32,000 bases of DNA from Pararobbsia alpina (GTDB lineage Bacteria; Pseudomonadota; Gammaproteobacteria; Burkholderiales; Burkholderiaceae). The notes under the pieces are model-generated. The model worked only from the letters and a program-made list of their open reading frames with translations. It had not been told where the DNA came from and did no database searches. Below, one piece after another: positions 11,317-19,550 of the stretch. Position numbers and translations under genes: made by a program. Each line of letters opens with the position of its first letter. Position 1 is the stretch's first letter. The stretch lies in contig NZ_CADIKM010000031.1 in NCBI RefSeq assembly GCF_902859895.1, positions 28,350 to 60,349 of the forward strand, given 5' to 3'.

Positions 11317-13134
11317 ATGAGTCTCGTCGAAGTCAAAGTGCCGGATATCGGCGACTTCAAGGATGTGCCGGTCATCGAGGTCCAGGTCAAGGAAGGCGAT
11401 ACGGTCGAGAAGGACACGCCGCTGATCACGCTCGAATCGGACAAGGCGACCATCGAGGTGCCGAGCGATGTGGCCGGCGTGGTCACGCAAGTGGTGGTGT
11501 CGGTTGGCGACAAGGTGTCCGAAGGCACCGTGATCGTCAAGGTCGAGGCAGGTGCTGCGGCGCGGCCCGCGGAACCGGCGAAGGGCGGGGACGCAGGGGC
11601 GCAGAAGGACGCGGCGCCAGCCAAGGCGGTCCAGGCGGCTGCGGCGGCTCCTGCTCGCCCGGCGGCTTCCGCCACGGCCAGCGCATCGGCCCCGACGGCC
11701 GCGCAATTCGGCGGCAAGGCCGACATCGAGTGCGAGATGGTCGTGCTCGGTGCCGGTCCGGGCGGCTATTCGGCGGCATTCCGGTCGGCCGATTTAGGTA
11801 TGAAGACGGTGCTGATCGAACGGTACGAGACGCTGGGTGGTGTCTGCCTGAACGTCGGCTGTATTCCGTCGAAAGCCCTGTTGCACGCCGCATCGATTAC
11901 CAATGAAGCCGCGGCGCTCGCCTCGCACGGGATTTCGTTCGGCAAGCCCGAAATCGATCTCGACAAGCTACGTGCGTTCAAATCGGGCGTGGTCGGCAAG
12001 ATGACCAACGGTCTCGCCGGCATGGCCAAGGCGCGCAAGGTGCAGGTCGTGACCGGCGTGGGGAGTTTTGTCGGTGCGAACCATATCGAGGTGGTCGCAA
12101 AGGATGGCAGCAAGCAGGTCATCAAGTTCGAGAAGGCCATCATCGCGGCCGGCTCGCAGGCGGTGAAACTGCCGTTCATGCCCGAAGACCCGCGTGTGGT
12201 CGATTCGACAGGCGCGCTCGAACTGCCCTCGATCCCGGAGAAGATGCTGGTGATCGGTGGCGGCATCATCGGCCTCGAAATGGCGACGGTCTATTCGGCG
12301 CTCGGCTCGAAGATCGACGTGGTCGAAATGCTCGATGGCCTGATGTTGGGCGCCGATCGCGATCTCGTGAAAGTCTGGGAGAAATACAACGCCAAGCGCT
12401 TCGCGAACCTGATGCTCAAGACGAAGACCACCCAGGCCGAAGCCAGGCCGGACGGCATCTATGTGAGCTTCGAGGGCGAAAAGGCTCCGGCCGAGGCGCA
12501 ACGCTACGACCTCGTGCTCGTGGCGGTGGGCCGCAGCGCGAACGGCAAGCGTATCGGCGCCGAGAAGGCTGGCGTCACGGTCACCGACCGCGGCTTTATC
12601 GAAGTCGACAAGCAGATGCGTACCAATGTCCCGCACATTTTTGCGATCGGCGACCTCGTCGGCCAGCCGATGCTTGCGCACAAGGCCGTGCATGAAGCCC
12701 ACGTCGCGGCGGAAGCTGCGCATGGGGAGAAGGCTTACTTCGATGCGCTGCAGATTCCGTCGGTGGCCTTCACCGATCCGGAAGTCGCGTGGGCAGGCAA
12801 GACGGAAGACCAGCTCAAGGACGAGGGTGTGGCGTACGAGAAGGCGGTGTTCCCCTGGGCGGCGTCGGGTCGTGCTGTCGCGAACGGACGTGACGAGGGC
12901 TTCACCAAGCTGATTTTCGACAAGGAAACGCATCGCGTGCTCGGCGGCGCGATCGTCGGCCTCAATGCGGGTGACCTGATCAGCGAAATCTGTCTGGCGG
13001 TCGAGATGGGCGCGGACGCCACGGATATCGGCAAGACGATCCATCCGCACCCGACGCTCGGTGAATCGATCGGGATGGCCGCCGAACTGTTCGAAGGCGT
13101 TTGCACTGACTTGCCGCCGCCGCGCAAGAAGTAA
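11317..13134 (+). CDS. lpdA: Dihydrolipoyl dehydrogenase (E3) with N-terminal lipoyl domain
   Basis: 605 aa. The N-terminal lipoyl domain has LESDKATIEVPS, followed by an Ala-rich linker. The FAD site is GAGPGGY, the redox disulfide is CLNVGCIPSK, and the C-terminal motif is HPHPTLGE. Confidence 0.93.
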   Translation: MSLVEVKVPDIGDFKDVPVIEVQVKEGDTVEKDTPLITLESDKATIEVPSDVAGVVTQVVVSVGDKVSEGTVIVKVEAGAAARPAEPAKGGDAGAQKDAAPAKAVQAAAAAPARPAASATASASAPTAAQFGGKADIECEMVVLGAGPGGYSAAFRSADLGMKTVLIERYETLGGVCLNVGCIPSKALLHAASITNEAAALASHGISFGKPEIDLDKLRAFKSGVVGKMTNGLAGMAKARKVQVVTGVGSFVGANHIEVVAKDGSKQVIKFEKAIIAAGSQAVKLPFMPEDPRVVDSTGALELPSIPEKMLVIGGGIIGLEMATVYSALGSKIDVVEMLDGLMLGADRDLVKVWEKYNAKRFANLMLKTKTTQAEARPDGIYVSFEGEKAPAEAQRYDLVLVAVGRSANGKRIGAEKAGVTVTDRGFIEVDKQMRTNVPHIFAIGDLVGQPMLAHKAVHEAHVAAEAAHGEKAYFDALQIPSVAFTDPEVAWAGKTEDQLKDEGVAYEKAVFPWAASGRAVANGRDEGFTKLIFDKETHRVLGGAIVGLNAGDLISEICLAVEMGADATDIGKTIHPHPTLGESIGMAAELFEGVCTDLPPPRKK

Positions 13135-13160
13135 AGGTGGCAATGGCGTAACGGCCAAAC

Positions 13161-13195
13161 AAAAAGGGCACGTCCGTGAGGACGTGCCCTTTTTT
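13161..13195. terminator. Bidirectional rho-independent terminator between convergent lpdA and phasin genes
   Basis: AAAAA, GGGCACGTCC(13166-13175), loop GTGA, GGACGTGCCC(13180-13189), TTTTTT(13190-13195). Perfect 10-bp stem with an A-run and a T-run on either side. Confidence 0.85.
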
Positions 13196-13246
13196 ACAAG
13201 CTGGCTTCCTTGCCTGCTGGCGCAGGCTTGGAACTCAGACCTTCTC

Positions 13247-13816
13247 TCAGACCTTCTTTGCGGCGCGCGAAGCTTGAGCAGCCGCTTGCTGTGCAGCCTT
13301 CGTCGCAGCGGTGGTGGCCGCGTTGAAGTTGCTTTCAGCGATTTCGACAGCTTGCTTGCTTGCCTTGTGCACGGTTTCGTACGTCGTGTTCGCGGCGGTG
13401 ATGGCGGACTTCAGAATCGCAACGGCGGTTTCCGAGCCTGCCGGCGCATTCTTCGCAACGTTCTCGACGAGTGCCTGCACCTTCTTGTTCTGCTCTTCGT
13501 ATTGAGCTTCGGCGACCTTCGCGAATTCGGCTTGCGTGGCCGACGCGATTTCATACAGGTGACGGCCGTACGAGAGAACCTTTTCCGCAACGGGTTGGGT
13601 CAGGCCGGCTTGCAGGGTCAGCAGTTCCTGCGCGTCCTTGATACTCAACATTTGCTGCGCATTGGCCTGGCCTTCTGCGATCGATTGCTTGACGACCTGA
13701 AGGTTCAGTTCAACCAGCTTCTCCACGCCTTCGAATGCCTTGTTCGTCAGACCGAACAGGGTTTCGAGGTTGGCCTTATGGGTCGTAGCGATTTGCTCGG
13801 GGGTCAACAGATTCAT
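13247..13816 (-). CDS. phaP: Phasin (PHA granule-associated protein)
   Basis: 189 aa, Ala/Gln/Glu-rich and helical, with the phasin-family N-terminus [50 protein letters not shown] lies 5 nt upstream. Confidence 0.85.
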   Translation of the reverse strand: MNLLTPEQIATTHKANLETLFGLTNKAFEGVEKLVELNLQVVKQSIAEGQANAQQMLSIKDAQELLTLQAGLTQPVAEKVLSYGRHLYEIASATQAEFAKVAEAQYEEQNKKVQALVENVAKNAPAGSETAVAILKSAITAANTTYETVHKASKQAVEIAESNFNAATTAATKAAQQAAAQASRAAKKV

Positions 13817-13920
13817 GTTTGCTCCTGAAATAGACCCGACGCATCGCCCGGTCGGTTGCCGGACTATCTCAACTCTGCATCAAGCCATGTTTGGGTAGAG
13901 AAATATGCCGCGTCTTCGTG

Positions 13921-13995
13921 TTGTGCGACGCAGCATGGAAGTCATTCTAGTCCCAAAAGGCACGATGTCAAGTCCTTTTTTGTGCGTCGCACCAT
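13921..13995 (-). promoter_or_regulatory. Pair of 16-bp direct repeats with a TGCG-N-CGCA dyad core upstream of phaP (candidate PhaR-type operator)
   Basis: TTGTGCGACGCAGCAT (13921-13936) and TTGTGCGTCGCACCAT (13980-13995) match at 14/16 positions and are 59 bp apart. They lie 105-180 bp upstream of the phaP ATG. The cores TGCGACGCA and TGCGTCGCA are reverse complements of each other. Confidence 0.3.
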
Positions 13996-14298
13996 CCGAA
14001 TAAGATCATTCAGAATCAAGCGCTTGCAGGATTCCCAGCCCCTGAAAAAACCTGAACTGACACGAATATTCTTCACTTGTCACAAATTGCGATGGAGTTG
14101 TGTTGTTGCAAAGGTTTGCGGGAGTGTTCTTCGCACCCCATTAGATAAATAGAACGGACGCTAACGAATATTTTGCCGAAATAGGGTATTCGAAGGTAAG
14201 GATTTCCTTTCGGTGGCCGTTATCCCAGTAAGCGATAGTGCATGCGGGCCGATATTCGGCGTGCCAAGCGGATGTCTGCTATTGTGCGCACCGGAAAT

Positions 14299-14313
14299 TG
14301 GCATCTCGCTGCA
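14299..14313 (+). promoter_or_regulatory. Sigma-54-like -24/-12 element
   Basis: TGGCATCTCGCTGCA has GG and GC at the canonical 10-nt spacing (consensus TGGCAC-N5-TTGCA). It lies 184 bp upstream of the PBP gene start. No enhancer-binding protein gene is nearby, so this may be chance. Confidence 0.2.
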
Positions 14314-14496
14314 TTTTTGTGGACGCAGATTAAGAGTTTGCCAATCGAACAGTGTGTATCGATTGCAATCACACAATCCCCGATCGCTTGCGAGAGGTCA
14401 GTTTAACTGGCGGCGGTAAGTACCTAATATTGCTAATTTTTCGTGGCTTTACTACACTTGCGCAAAGCTATCGAATTGCAGCCACAGAATCACTAC

Positions 14497-15648
14497 ATGA
14501 CACGTCAAGAATTCTCCATCGGCAAAGCACTCCGCGTCGTTTCGACGACGATCGCTTTGTCCGTCTGCGCCGCACTGGCCAACGCTGCCGCGCCGTCCGC
14601 CGCACTGGCGACGAGTGCCGATGCGACGCAAGCCACGCCTTCGGTAAAGAAGTCGAAGCGCATCAAAGTCACGAAGAAAACCGAAAAGGCCGCCGCTGCT
14701 GACGGCAAACCACGGGCGCGTACTGCTAAAGTCGCGAGCACCGCGGAGCCGACCCGTACGCGTCGCCGTGTTCACTATCGGCTTGCCGCGCGTGAAGGCG
14801 CGGTCAAGGTCGCATACGAACCCCGCACATCGGTCGGTACCGCGTTCGGTCTTCACGACGCACCAGACGAACTTGCGCTGCGTTCGAGCGTGGCCTACGT
14901 GGTTGACCAGAATACCCATGAGACCTTGTTCGACAAGAATTCACAGGCTGTCGTGCCGATCGCGTCGATCACGAAGCTGATGACCGCGATGGTGGTGCTC
15001 GATTCAAAAGCGCCGCTCACCGAGCAGATTGAAGTGACCGATGAGGACCGCGATACGGTCAAGAATACGGGTTCGCGTTTGTCGGTCGGCTCGGTCCTCT
15101 CCCGCGAGGACATGCTGCACATCGCACTGATGGCTTCGGAAAACCGCGCGGCTGCCGCCTTGTCCCGCTATTACCCCGGCGGTCGTCCGGCGTTTATCGC
15201 CGCGATGAATCATAAGGCGCAGGAACTCGGTATGCCCGAAACGCACTTCCTGAGCCCCTCGGGACTGACGAGCGAGAACGTTTCGACCGGGCGCGATCTG
15301 GTCAAGATGGTCAACGCGGCCTATCAGTATCCACTGATCCGCGAGTTCTCGACGGATGAGTCGTACGACGTATTCACGGGCCGCAAGACGATCCACTACG
15401 GCACCACCAATGCGCTGGTGCGCGGTCACAAGTGGGACATCGGCCTGCAGAAGACCGGCTTCATCAATGAGGCCGGAGAATGCATGGTGATGCAGACGAC
15501 GATTCAGAATCGTCCGATCGTGATCGTGCTGCTCGATTCGTCTGGCAAGTATTCGCGGTTCGGCGACGCACAACGGATCCGTTCCTGGATCGATGCTGGC
15601 GGCGTCCAGCGCGTCACGAGCATCGAGAACAGCCGCGGTGGAACCTGA
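14497..15648 (+). CDS. pbpG: D-alanyl-D-alanine endopeptidase/carboxypeptidase, peptidase S11 (PBP7-like)
   Basis: ORF 14443..15648, with the start set at ATG 14497 (MTRQEFSIGKALRVVSTTIALSVCAALANA signal peptide). Active-site motifs are SITK (SxxK), SEN (SxN) and KTG. A long basic low-complexity segment lies between the signal peptide and the catalytic domain. Confidence 0.85.
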   Translation: MTRQEFSIGKALRVVSTTIALSVCAALANAAAPSAALATSADATQATPSVKKSKRIKVTKKTEKAAAADGKPRARTAKVASTAEPTRTRRRVHYRLAAREGAVKVAYEPRTSVGTAFGLHDAPDELALRSSVAYVVDQNTHETLFDKNSQAVVPIASITKLMTAMVVLDSKAPLTEQIEVTDEDRDTVKNTGSRLSVGSVLSREDMLHIALMASENRAAAALSRYYPGGRPAFIAAMNHKAQELGMPETHFLSPSGLTSENVSTGRDLVKMVNAAYQYPLIREFSTDESYDVFTGRKTIHYGTTNALVRGHKWDIGLQKTGFINEAGECMVMQTTIQNRPIVIVLLDSSGKYSRFGDAQRIRSWIDAGGVQRVTSIENSRGGT

Positions 15649-15707
15649 GATCAGATTGCCCCGTTGACATCGGCGACAAGCCACTCCCCCGATAGGCTGC
15701 AAGATCG

Positions 15708-15744
15708 AAAAAAAACGCCACGAACTAGGGTTCGTGGCGTTTTT
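15708..15744. terminator. Bidirectional rho-independent terminator between convergent PBP and IclR genes
   Basis: AAAAAAAA(15708-15715), CGCCACGAAC(15716-15725), loop TAGG, GTTCGTGGCG(15730-15739), TTTTT(15740-15744). Confidence 0.85.
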
Positions 15745-15762
15745 GTTTGAGGACCGTATCTC

Positions 15763-16554
15763 TCAAATTATCGCGCCGTCCTCCTTGGGCTGATAACCGA
15801 GCGAGCGCGAGATTTGCAGCGCGGTATCGGTGACATGAGCAAGCCAGGAGTCCTGTAGTCGATCGGCGGGGGCCGACAGCGACAGGCCCGCCACCAGTTT
15901 GGCCGAGTCGTCGTAGATACCGGCGGCGATGCAGCGCACGCCGAGTTCGAGTTCTTCATTGTCACGCGCGCACGCGTGCTGGCGCACGTGATGCAACTCA
16001 CGCTCGAGCTTCGACAGATCCGTGATGCTGTTCTGTGTATGGCCCGACAGGCCGGTTCGCGTCGCATAGGCGCGTACGCGGGGCGCTTCGTCGGCGGCAA
16101 GGAACAGTTTGCCGACCGAGGTCAGATGCAGCGGCGCACGGCCACCGATCGCCCGCACGACCTGCATGCCCGAGCGTTCGCTATAGGCGCGTTCGATATA
16201 GACGATCTCGTCGCCTTGGCGCACGGACAGATTCACGGTCTGTCCGGTCAGCCGGTGCAGGTCGCGCATCGGTGCAAGCGCTGCGTCGCGCATGGACAGG
16301 CGCGCCTTTACGAGATTGCCGAGTTCGAGCAGGCGCATCCCGAGCCGGTATGTGCCGGGATCCGAACGGTCGACCAGCCGGCAGGTGACCATATCGTTGA
16401 GAATGCGGTGCGCGGTCGACGGGTGCAGCGCGGTGCCGCGCGACAACTCCTTCAAGCTCACGGGGTCGCTGTGTTCAGCGAGCGCGTCGAGTAGGCGCAT
16501 CATCCTTTCGATGACTTGAATCGACGTCTTACCTTCGGTTTCAGGATCGCTCAT
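15763..16554 (-). CDS. IclR-family transcriptional regulator
   Basis: ORF 15763..16770, with the start set at ATG 16554 (MSDPETEGKTSIQVIERMMRLLDALAEH), giving a typical 263 aa. The N-terminal wHTH is LKELSRGTALHPSTAHRILNDM, followed by a C-terminal IclR effector domain. Confidence 0.85.
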   Translation of the reverse strand: MSDPETEGKTSIQVIERMMRLLDALAEHSDPVSLKELSRGTALHPSTAHRILNDMVTCRLVDRSDPGTYRLGMRLLELGNLVKARLSMRDAALAPMRDLHRLTGQTVNLSVRQGDEIVYIERAYSERSGMQVVRAIGGRAPLHLTSVGKLFLAADEAPRVRAYATRTGLSGHTQNSITDLSKLERELHHVRQHACARDNEELELGVRCIAAGIYDDSAKLVAGLSLSAPADRLQDSWLAHVTDTALQISRSLGYQPKEDGAII

Positions 16555-16729
16555 AGATTGCGGGAAACGGAAATCGTCCGAGTGGTCGTGCCGCATATCA
16601 TATCGTGAAATGGTGCAGTGCGCGAGCCGGTTTTTTGGCGTGTAAGCCGTTAGCCCTCGGCGTGGGAATCGATCGGATGCCGCCCCCGCGGACTCGAGGC
16701 CGGCGGGCGACGGCCGCCGGCGAGGTGGT

Positions 16730-17389
16730 TCAATGCCGCGTGGGCAAAGCCAGGCGTCGTTCGAACACACGCTGCACCCCTTCGAGCAGCATGCAGAGCA
16801 CCCAGTAGATGGCGGCCGCCGTGAGGTAGAGAGGCAGCGGCTGGTAGGTCGCTGCGATCACTTCCTGTGCGCTGCGCAGCAGTTCGGTCACGGTGATCAC
16901 GGAGACCAGTGACGTGTCCTTGATCAGGCTGATGAGGCTGTTGGAGAGGCTCGGTACGGCGAGCCGCAAGGCTTGCGGACCGATGATGAAGCGCAGCGTC
17001 TGGATGCGCGTGAGCCCAAGGCTGTAAGCGGCGAGCCACTGCCCCTGAGCGATGCCGAGTATTGCGCCGCGCATGCTCTCGGACATGTAGGCCGCGACGT
17101 TGGCCGACAGCGCGAGCACGCCGGCCGGTGTCGGATCGAGCGAGATGCCGAGGCTCGGCAGCCCGTAATAGATCACGAAGATCTGCACGAGCAAGGGCGT
17201 GCCGCGCATCACGCTCACATAGATCCGCGAGATCACGACCAGCGAGCGGCTGGTGCTGATTCCCATCAGCGCCAGCACCACCGCCGCGGCCAGGCCGAAG
17301 ACCATCGAGAGCAAGGCGAACTTGATAGTCAGCAATGCGCCGGTCAGCAGGACCGGCATGGACTGGATCAGCAGGGCGGTGGGGTTCAT
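16730..17389 (-). CDS. tcyL: Polar amino-acid (cystine-type) ABC transporter permease
   Basis: 219 aa in the His/Glu/Gln/Arg/opine permease family. It resembles E. coli YecS/TcyL along its whole length as I recall that sequence (RIYVSVMRGTPLLVQIFVIYYGLP, LSNSLISLIKDTSL). The symbol is by analogy only. Confidence 0.8.
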   Translation of the reverse strand: MNPTALLIQSMPVLLTGALLTIKFALLSMVFGLAAAVVLALMGISTSRSLVVISRIYVSVMRGTPLLVQIFVIYYGLPSLGISLDPTPAGVLALSANVAAYMSESMRGAILGIAQGQWLAAYSLGLTRIQTLRFIIGPQALRLAVPSLSNSLISLIKDTSLVSVITVTELLRSAQEVIAATYQPLPLYLTAAAIYWVLCMLLEGVQRVFERRLALPTRH

Positions 17390-17395
17390 CTTTTC

Positions 17396-18190
17396 TTATT
17401 TGATGGGCTTCGATACGTCGATGCCGAACCATTTTTCGGAGATTTTCGTCAGCGTACCGTCCTGCTTGAGCTGATCGATTGCATCCGCAATGGCCTTGGC
17501 GAACTTCGGATTGCCCTTGCGGAACGGAATGCCCATCTGGTCTTCGACCGTGCCTACATTCGCGCCGGTGCGCAGTGGCAGGTTCGAGGTCCTGATCAGG
17601 TAGGCGAGCATCAGGCGGTCGTTGAGCGCCGCGTCGAGCCGGCCCGAAGCGAGGTCACGCAGATATTCGGGCGCGCCCGGGTAAGTCTTCACGTCGATGC
17701 CGGGAACCGACTTGGCCATGTCGTTGTAGTTGCTGCCGAGCGAGACGCCGAGCTTGTGGCCCTTGAGGTCTTCGAGCGACTTGAACTGGCGGTCGTCGTT
17801 CTTGCGCTGGATCAACTGCGCGGTCGAATAGGTGTAGGGCGGCGAGAAATCGAGCACCTTCTGACGCTCGGGGGTGATCGCGACCTGGTTGACGATCACG
17901 TCGTAGCGGTTGGCCTGCAGGCCGGCGATGATGCCGCTCCATTCGGTCGTGACGAACTCGGGCTTGACGCCGAGCTTTGCTGCGACGGCTTTGGCGACGT
18001 CTACGTCGTAGCCCTCGAGCTGGCCATTTGCGGCCTTGTAGTCGAAGGGGGGGAAGGTGCCTTCGAGTGCGATCTGGAGGGTGCCGCGTTGCTTGACCTG
18101 GTCGAGCAGGTCGTCGGCCCGTGCCGCGGCGGACAACAAAAGGCCGGCGAGAGCGACGGCAAGCAGTTTGCCGAGTAGGGTGATTTTCAT
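17396..18190 (-). CDS. tcyJ: Cystine/polar amino-acid ABC transporter periplasmic binding protein
   Basis: ORF 17396..18418, with the start set at ATG 18190 (MKITLLGKLLAVALAGLLLSAAARA signal peptide; SD AGGAGA upstream). It is collinear with E. coli FliY/TcyJ as I recall it (RGTLQIALEGTFPPFDY, VIVNQVAITPERQK, GIPFRKGN, DGTLTKISEKWFG). Confidence 0.8.
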   Translation of the reverse strand: MKITLLGKLLAVALAGLLLSAAARADDLLDQVKQRGTLQIALEGTFPPFDYKAANGQLEGYDVDVAKAVAAKLGVKPEFVTTEWSGIIAGLQANRYDVIVNQVAITPERQKVLDFSPPYTYSTAQLIQRKNDDRQFKSLEDLKGHKLGVSLGSNYNDMAKSVPGIDVKTYPGAPEYLRDLASGRLDAALNDRLMLAYLIRTSNLPLRTGANVGTVEDQMGIPFRKGNPKFAKAIADAIDQLKQDGTLTKISEKWFGIDVSKPIK

Positions 18191-18340
18191 TCGATCTCCT
18201 GGTGCAAGTGTGGCCGGATTGCAGGAGGCCGCTCGGCAGGAGCGGGCTCGTGCGAGTGTCCGGGACTTCGGCGGTCGCGATGGGCAGCGCCCGCGATTCC
18301 GAGCGTGCACATCATAGCGAGCCCGGGGGATGATCGGTAA

Positions 18341-18355
18341 ATAAGCCTTGCTTAT
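18341..18355 (-). promoter_or_regulatory. Perfect dyad ATAAGC-N3-GCTTAT (LysR-type T-N11-A box) upstream of the binding-protein gene
   Basis: ATAAGCCTTGCTTAT lies 151-165 bp upstream of the tcyJ-like ATG. The inner TAAGCCTTGCTTA fits T-N11-A. A related CCTTGCT core recurs upstream of ssuE (about 24095). Confidence 0.3.
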
Positions 18356-18421
18356 GACCTTATGCGCTGAACCGTTTGTTGCGTGGAATTTCGCTGGGCG
18401 TGTGGTCGCCTTTGCCACACG

Positions 18422-19444
18422 TCATGCGAGTGCCTTGGCGCATTCGCGAACCAGTGCCGGGCCGCGATAGATCAGACCGGTGTAGAGCTGAACGAGCGCC
18501 GCGCCGGCCGCGAGCTTTTGCTTCGCGTCCTCGCCCGACAGGATGCCACCGACGCCGATGATCGGCACATCGGAACCGAGCTTCGCATAAAGTTTGCGAA
18601 TCACCTCGTTCGATGCTTCGAAGACCGGCCGGCCCGACAAGCCACCCGCTTCCTCGGCGTGCGGCATGCCGAGCACGGCTGCGCGAGAGAGCGTGGTATT
18701 CGTCGCGATGATGCCTTCGATCTTGTGACGTATGACGGTCGAGGCGATATCCTCGATCTGGCCTTCATCGAGATCCGGCGCGATCTTGAGCACGAGCGGC
18801 ACGTGCTTGGCATGCAGGTCGTCGAGGCGTTGCTGCTTGTCGCGCAGCGCCGAGAGCAGGGCGTCAAGTTCGCCGGCACCTTGCAGCTGGCGCAGGTTCT
18901 GCGTATTCGGCGAGGAAATGTTGATCGTTACGTAGCTCGCAAACGGATAGACCCGTTCGAGACAGAACAGATAGTCGTCCGCCGCGCGCTCGATCGGCGT
19001 ATCGGCATTCTTGCCGATGTTCAGGCCGAGGATGCCCTTGTAGTTGGCCGCCTGCACATTGCGGACGAACTGCTCGACACCGCCGTTGTTGAATCCGAGC
19101 CGGTTGATCAGCGCATCCGCGCGCGGCAGCCGGAACATGCGCGGACGCGGATTGCCGGGCTGGGCGCGCGGCGTGACCGTGCCGACTTCGATAAAGCCGA
19201 AGCCCAGCGATGCCAGACCATCGATGCAAGAACCTTCCTTGTCGAGGCCGGCCGCGAGGCCCACCCTATTGCGGAAGGTCAGGCCCATCACCGTGCGCGG
19301 CGCCTCGACAGGGCGCGGCATGAGCAGGGACGCGAGGCCGGTCCGGCTGCCGGCGCGCAACATCGATAAAGTCAGATGGTGAGCGTCTTCCGGATCCATC
19401 CGGAACAGGTGCGAACGCGCAAGCGGGTAAAGGGAACTGAACAC
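18422..19444 (-). CDS. pyrD: Dihydroorotate dehydrogenase (quinone), class 2
   Basis: 340 aa, collinear with E. coli PyrD ([68 protein letters not shown]). Confidence 0.95.
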   Translation of the reverse strand: MFSSLYPLARSHLFRMDPEDAHHLTLSMLRAGSRTGLASLLMPRPVEAPRTVMGLTFRNRVGLAAGLDKEGSCIDGLASLGFGFIEVGTVTPRAQPGNPRPRMFRLPRADALINRLGFNNGGVEQFVRNVQAANYKGILGLNIGKNADTPIERAADDYLFCLERVYPFASYVTINISSPNTQNLRQLQGAGELDALLSALRDKQQRLDDLHAKHVPLVLKIAPDLDEGQIEDIASTVIRHKIEGIIATNTTLSRAAVLGMPHAEEAGGLSGRPVFEASNEVIRKLYAKLGSDVPIIGVGGILSGEDAKQKLAAGAALVQLYTGLIYRGPALVRECAKALA

Positions 19445-19550
19445 GATGGACTTCGCCAGAACAGAAACCGCTTATTTTAACCGCGGCGTGTCGAAGGAAC
19501 CGATGAAAAATGGGGCACCAGACATTCTGCTGGCGGGGCACGCCCCGCGT

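Noticed and set aside
10309-11726. 465-aa and 285-aa minus-strand ORFs
   Set aside because: They are antisense to aceF and lpdA and cross the aceF-lpdA intergenic gap. Their translation is low complexity (R/A/P/S-rich), so they are shadow ORFs.
13856-14376. ORFs 13856-14152 (+) and 14161-14376 (-) in the AT-rich spacer
   Set aside because: Their translations are Cys/His/Arg/Ser-rich and unlike local proteins. They lack an SD and do not follow local codon usage, so I treated the region as non-coding regulatory DNA.
16973-19369. 401-aa and 328-aa plus-strand ORFs (16973-18178 and 18383-19369)
   Set aside because: They are antisense to the ABC permease/binding-protein genes and to pyrD. Their translations are Arg/Asp/His-rich nonsense.
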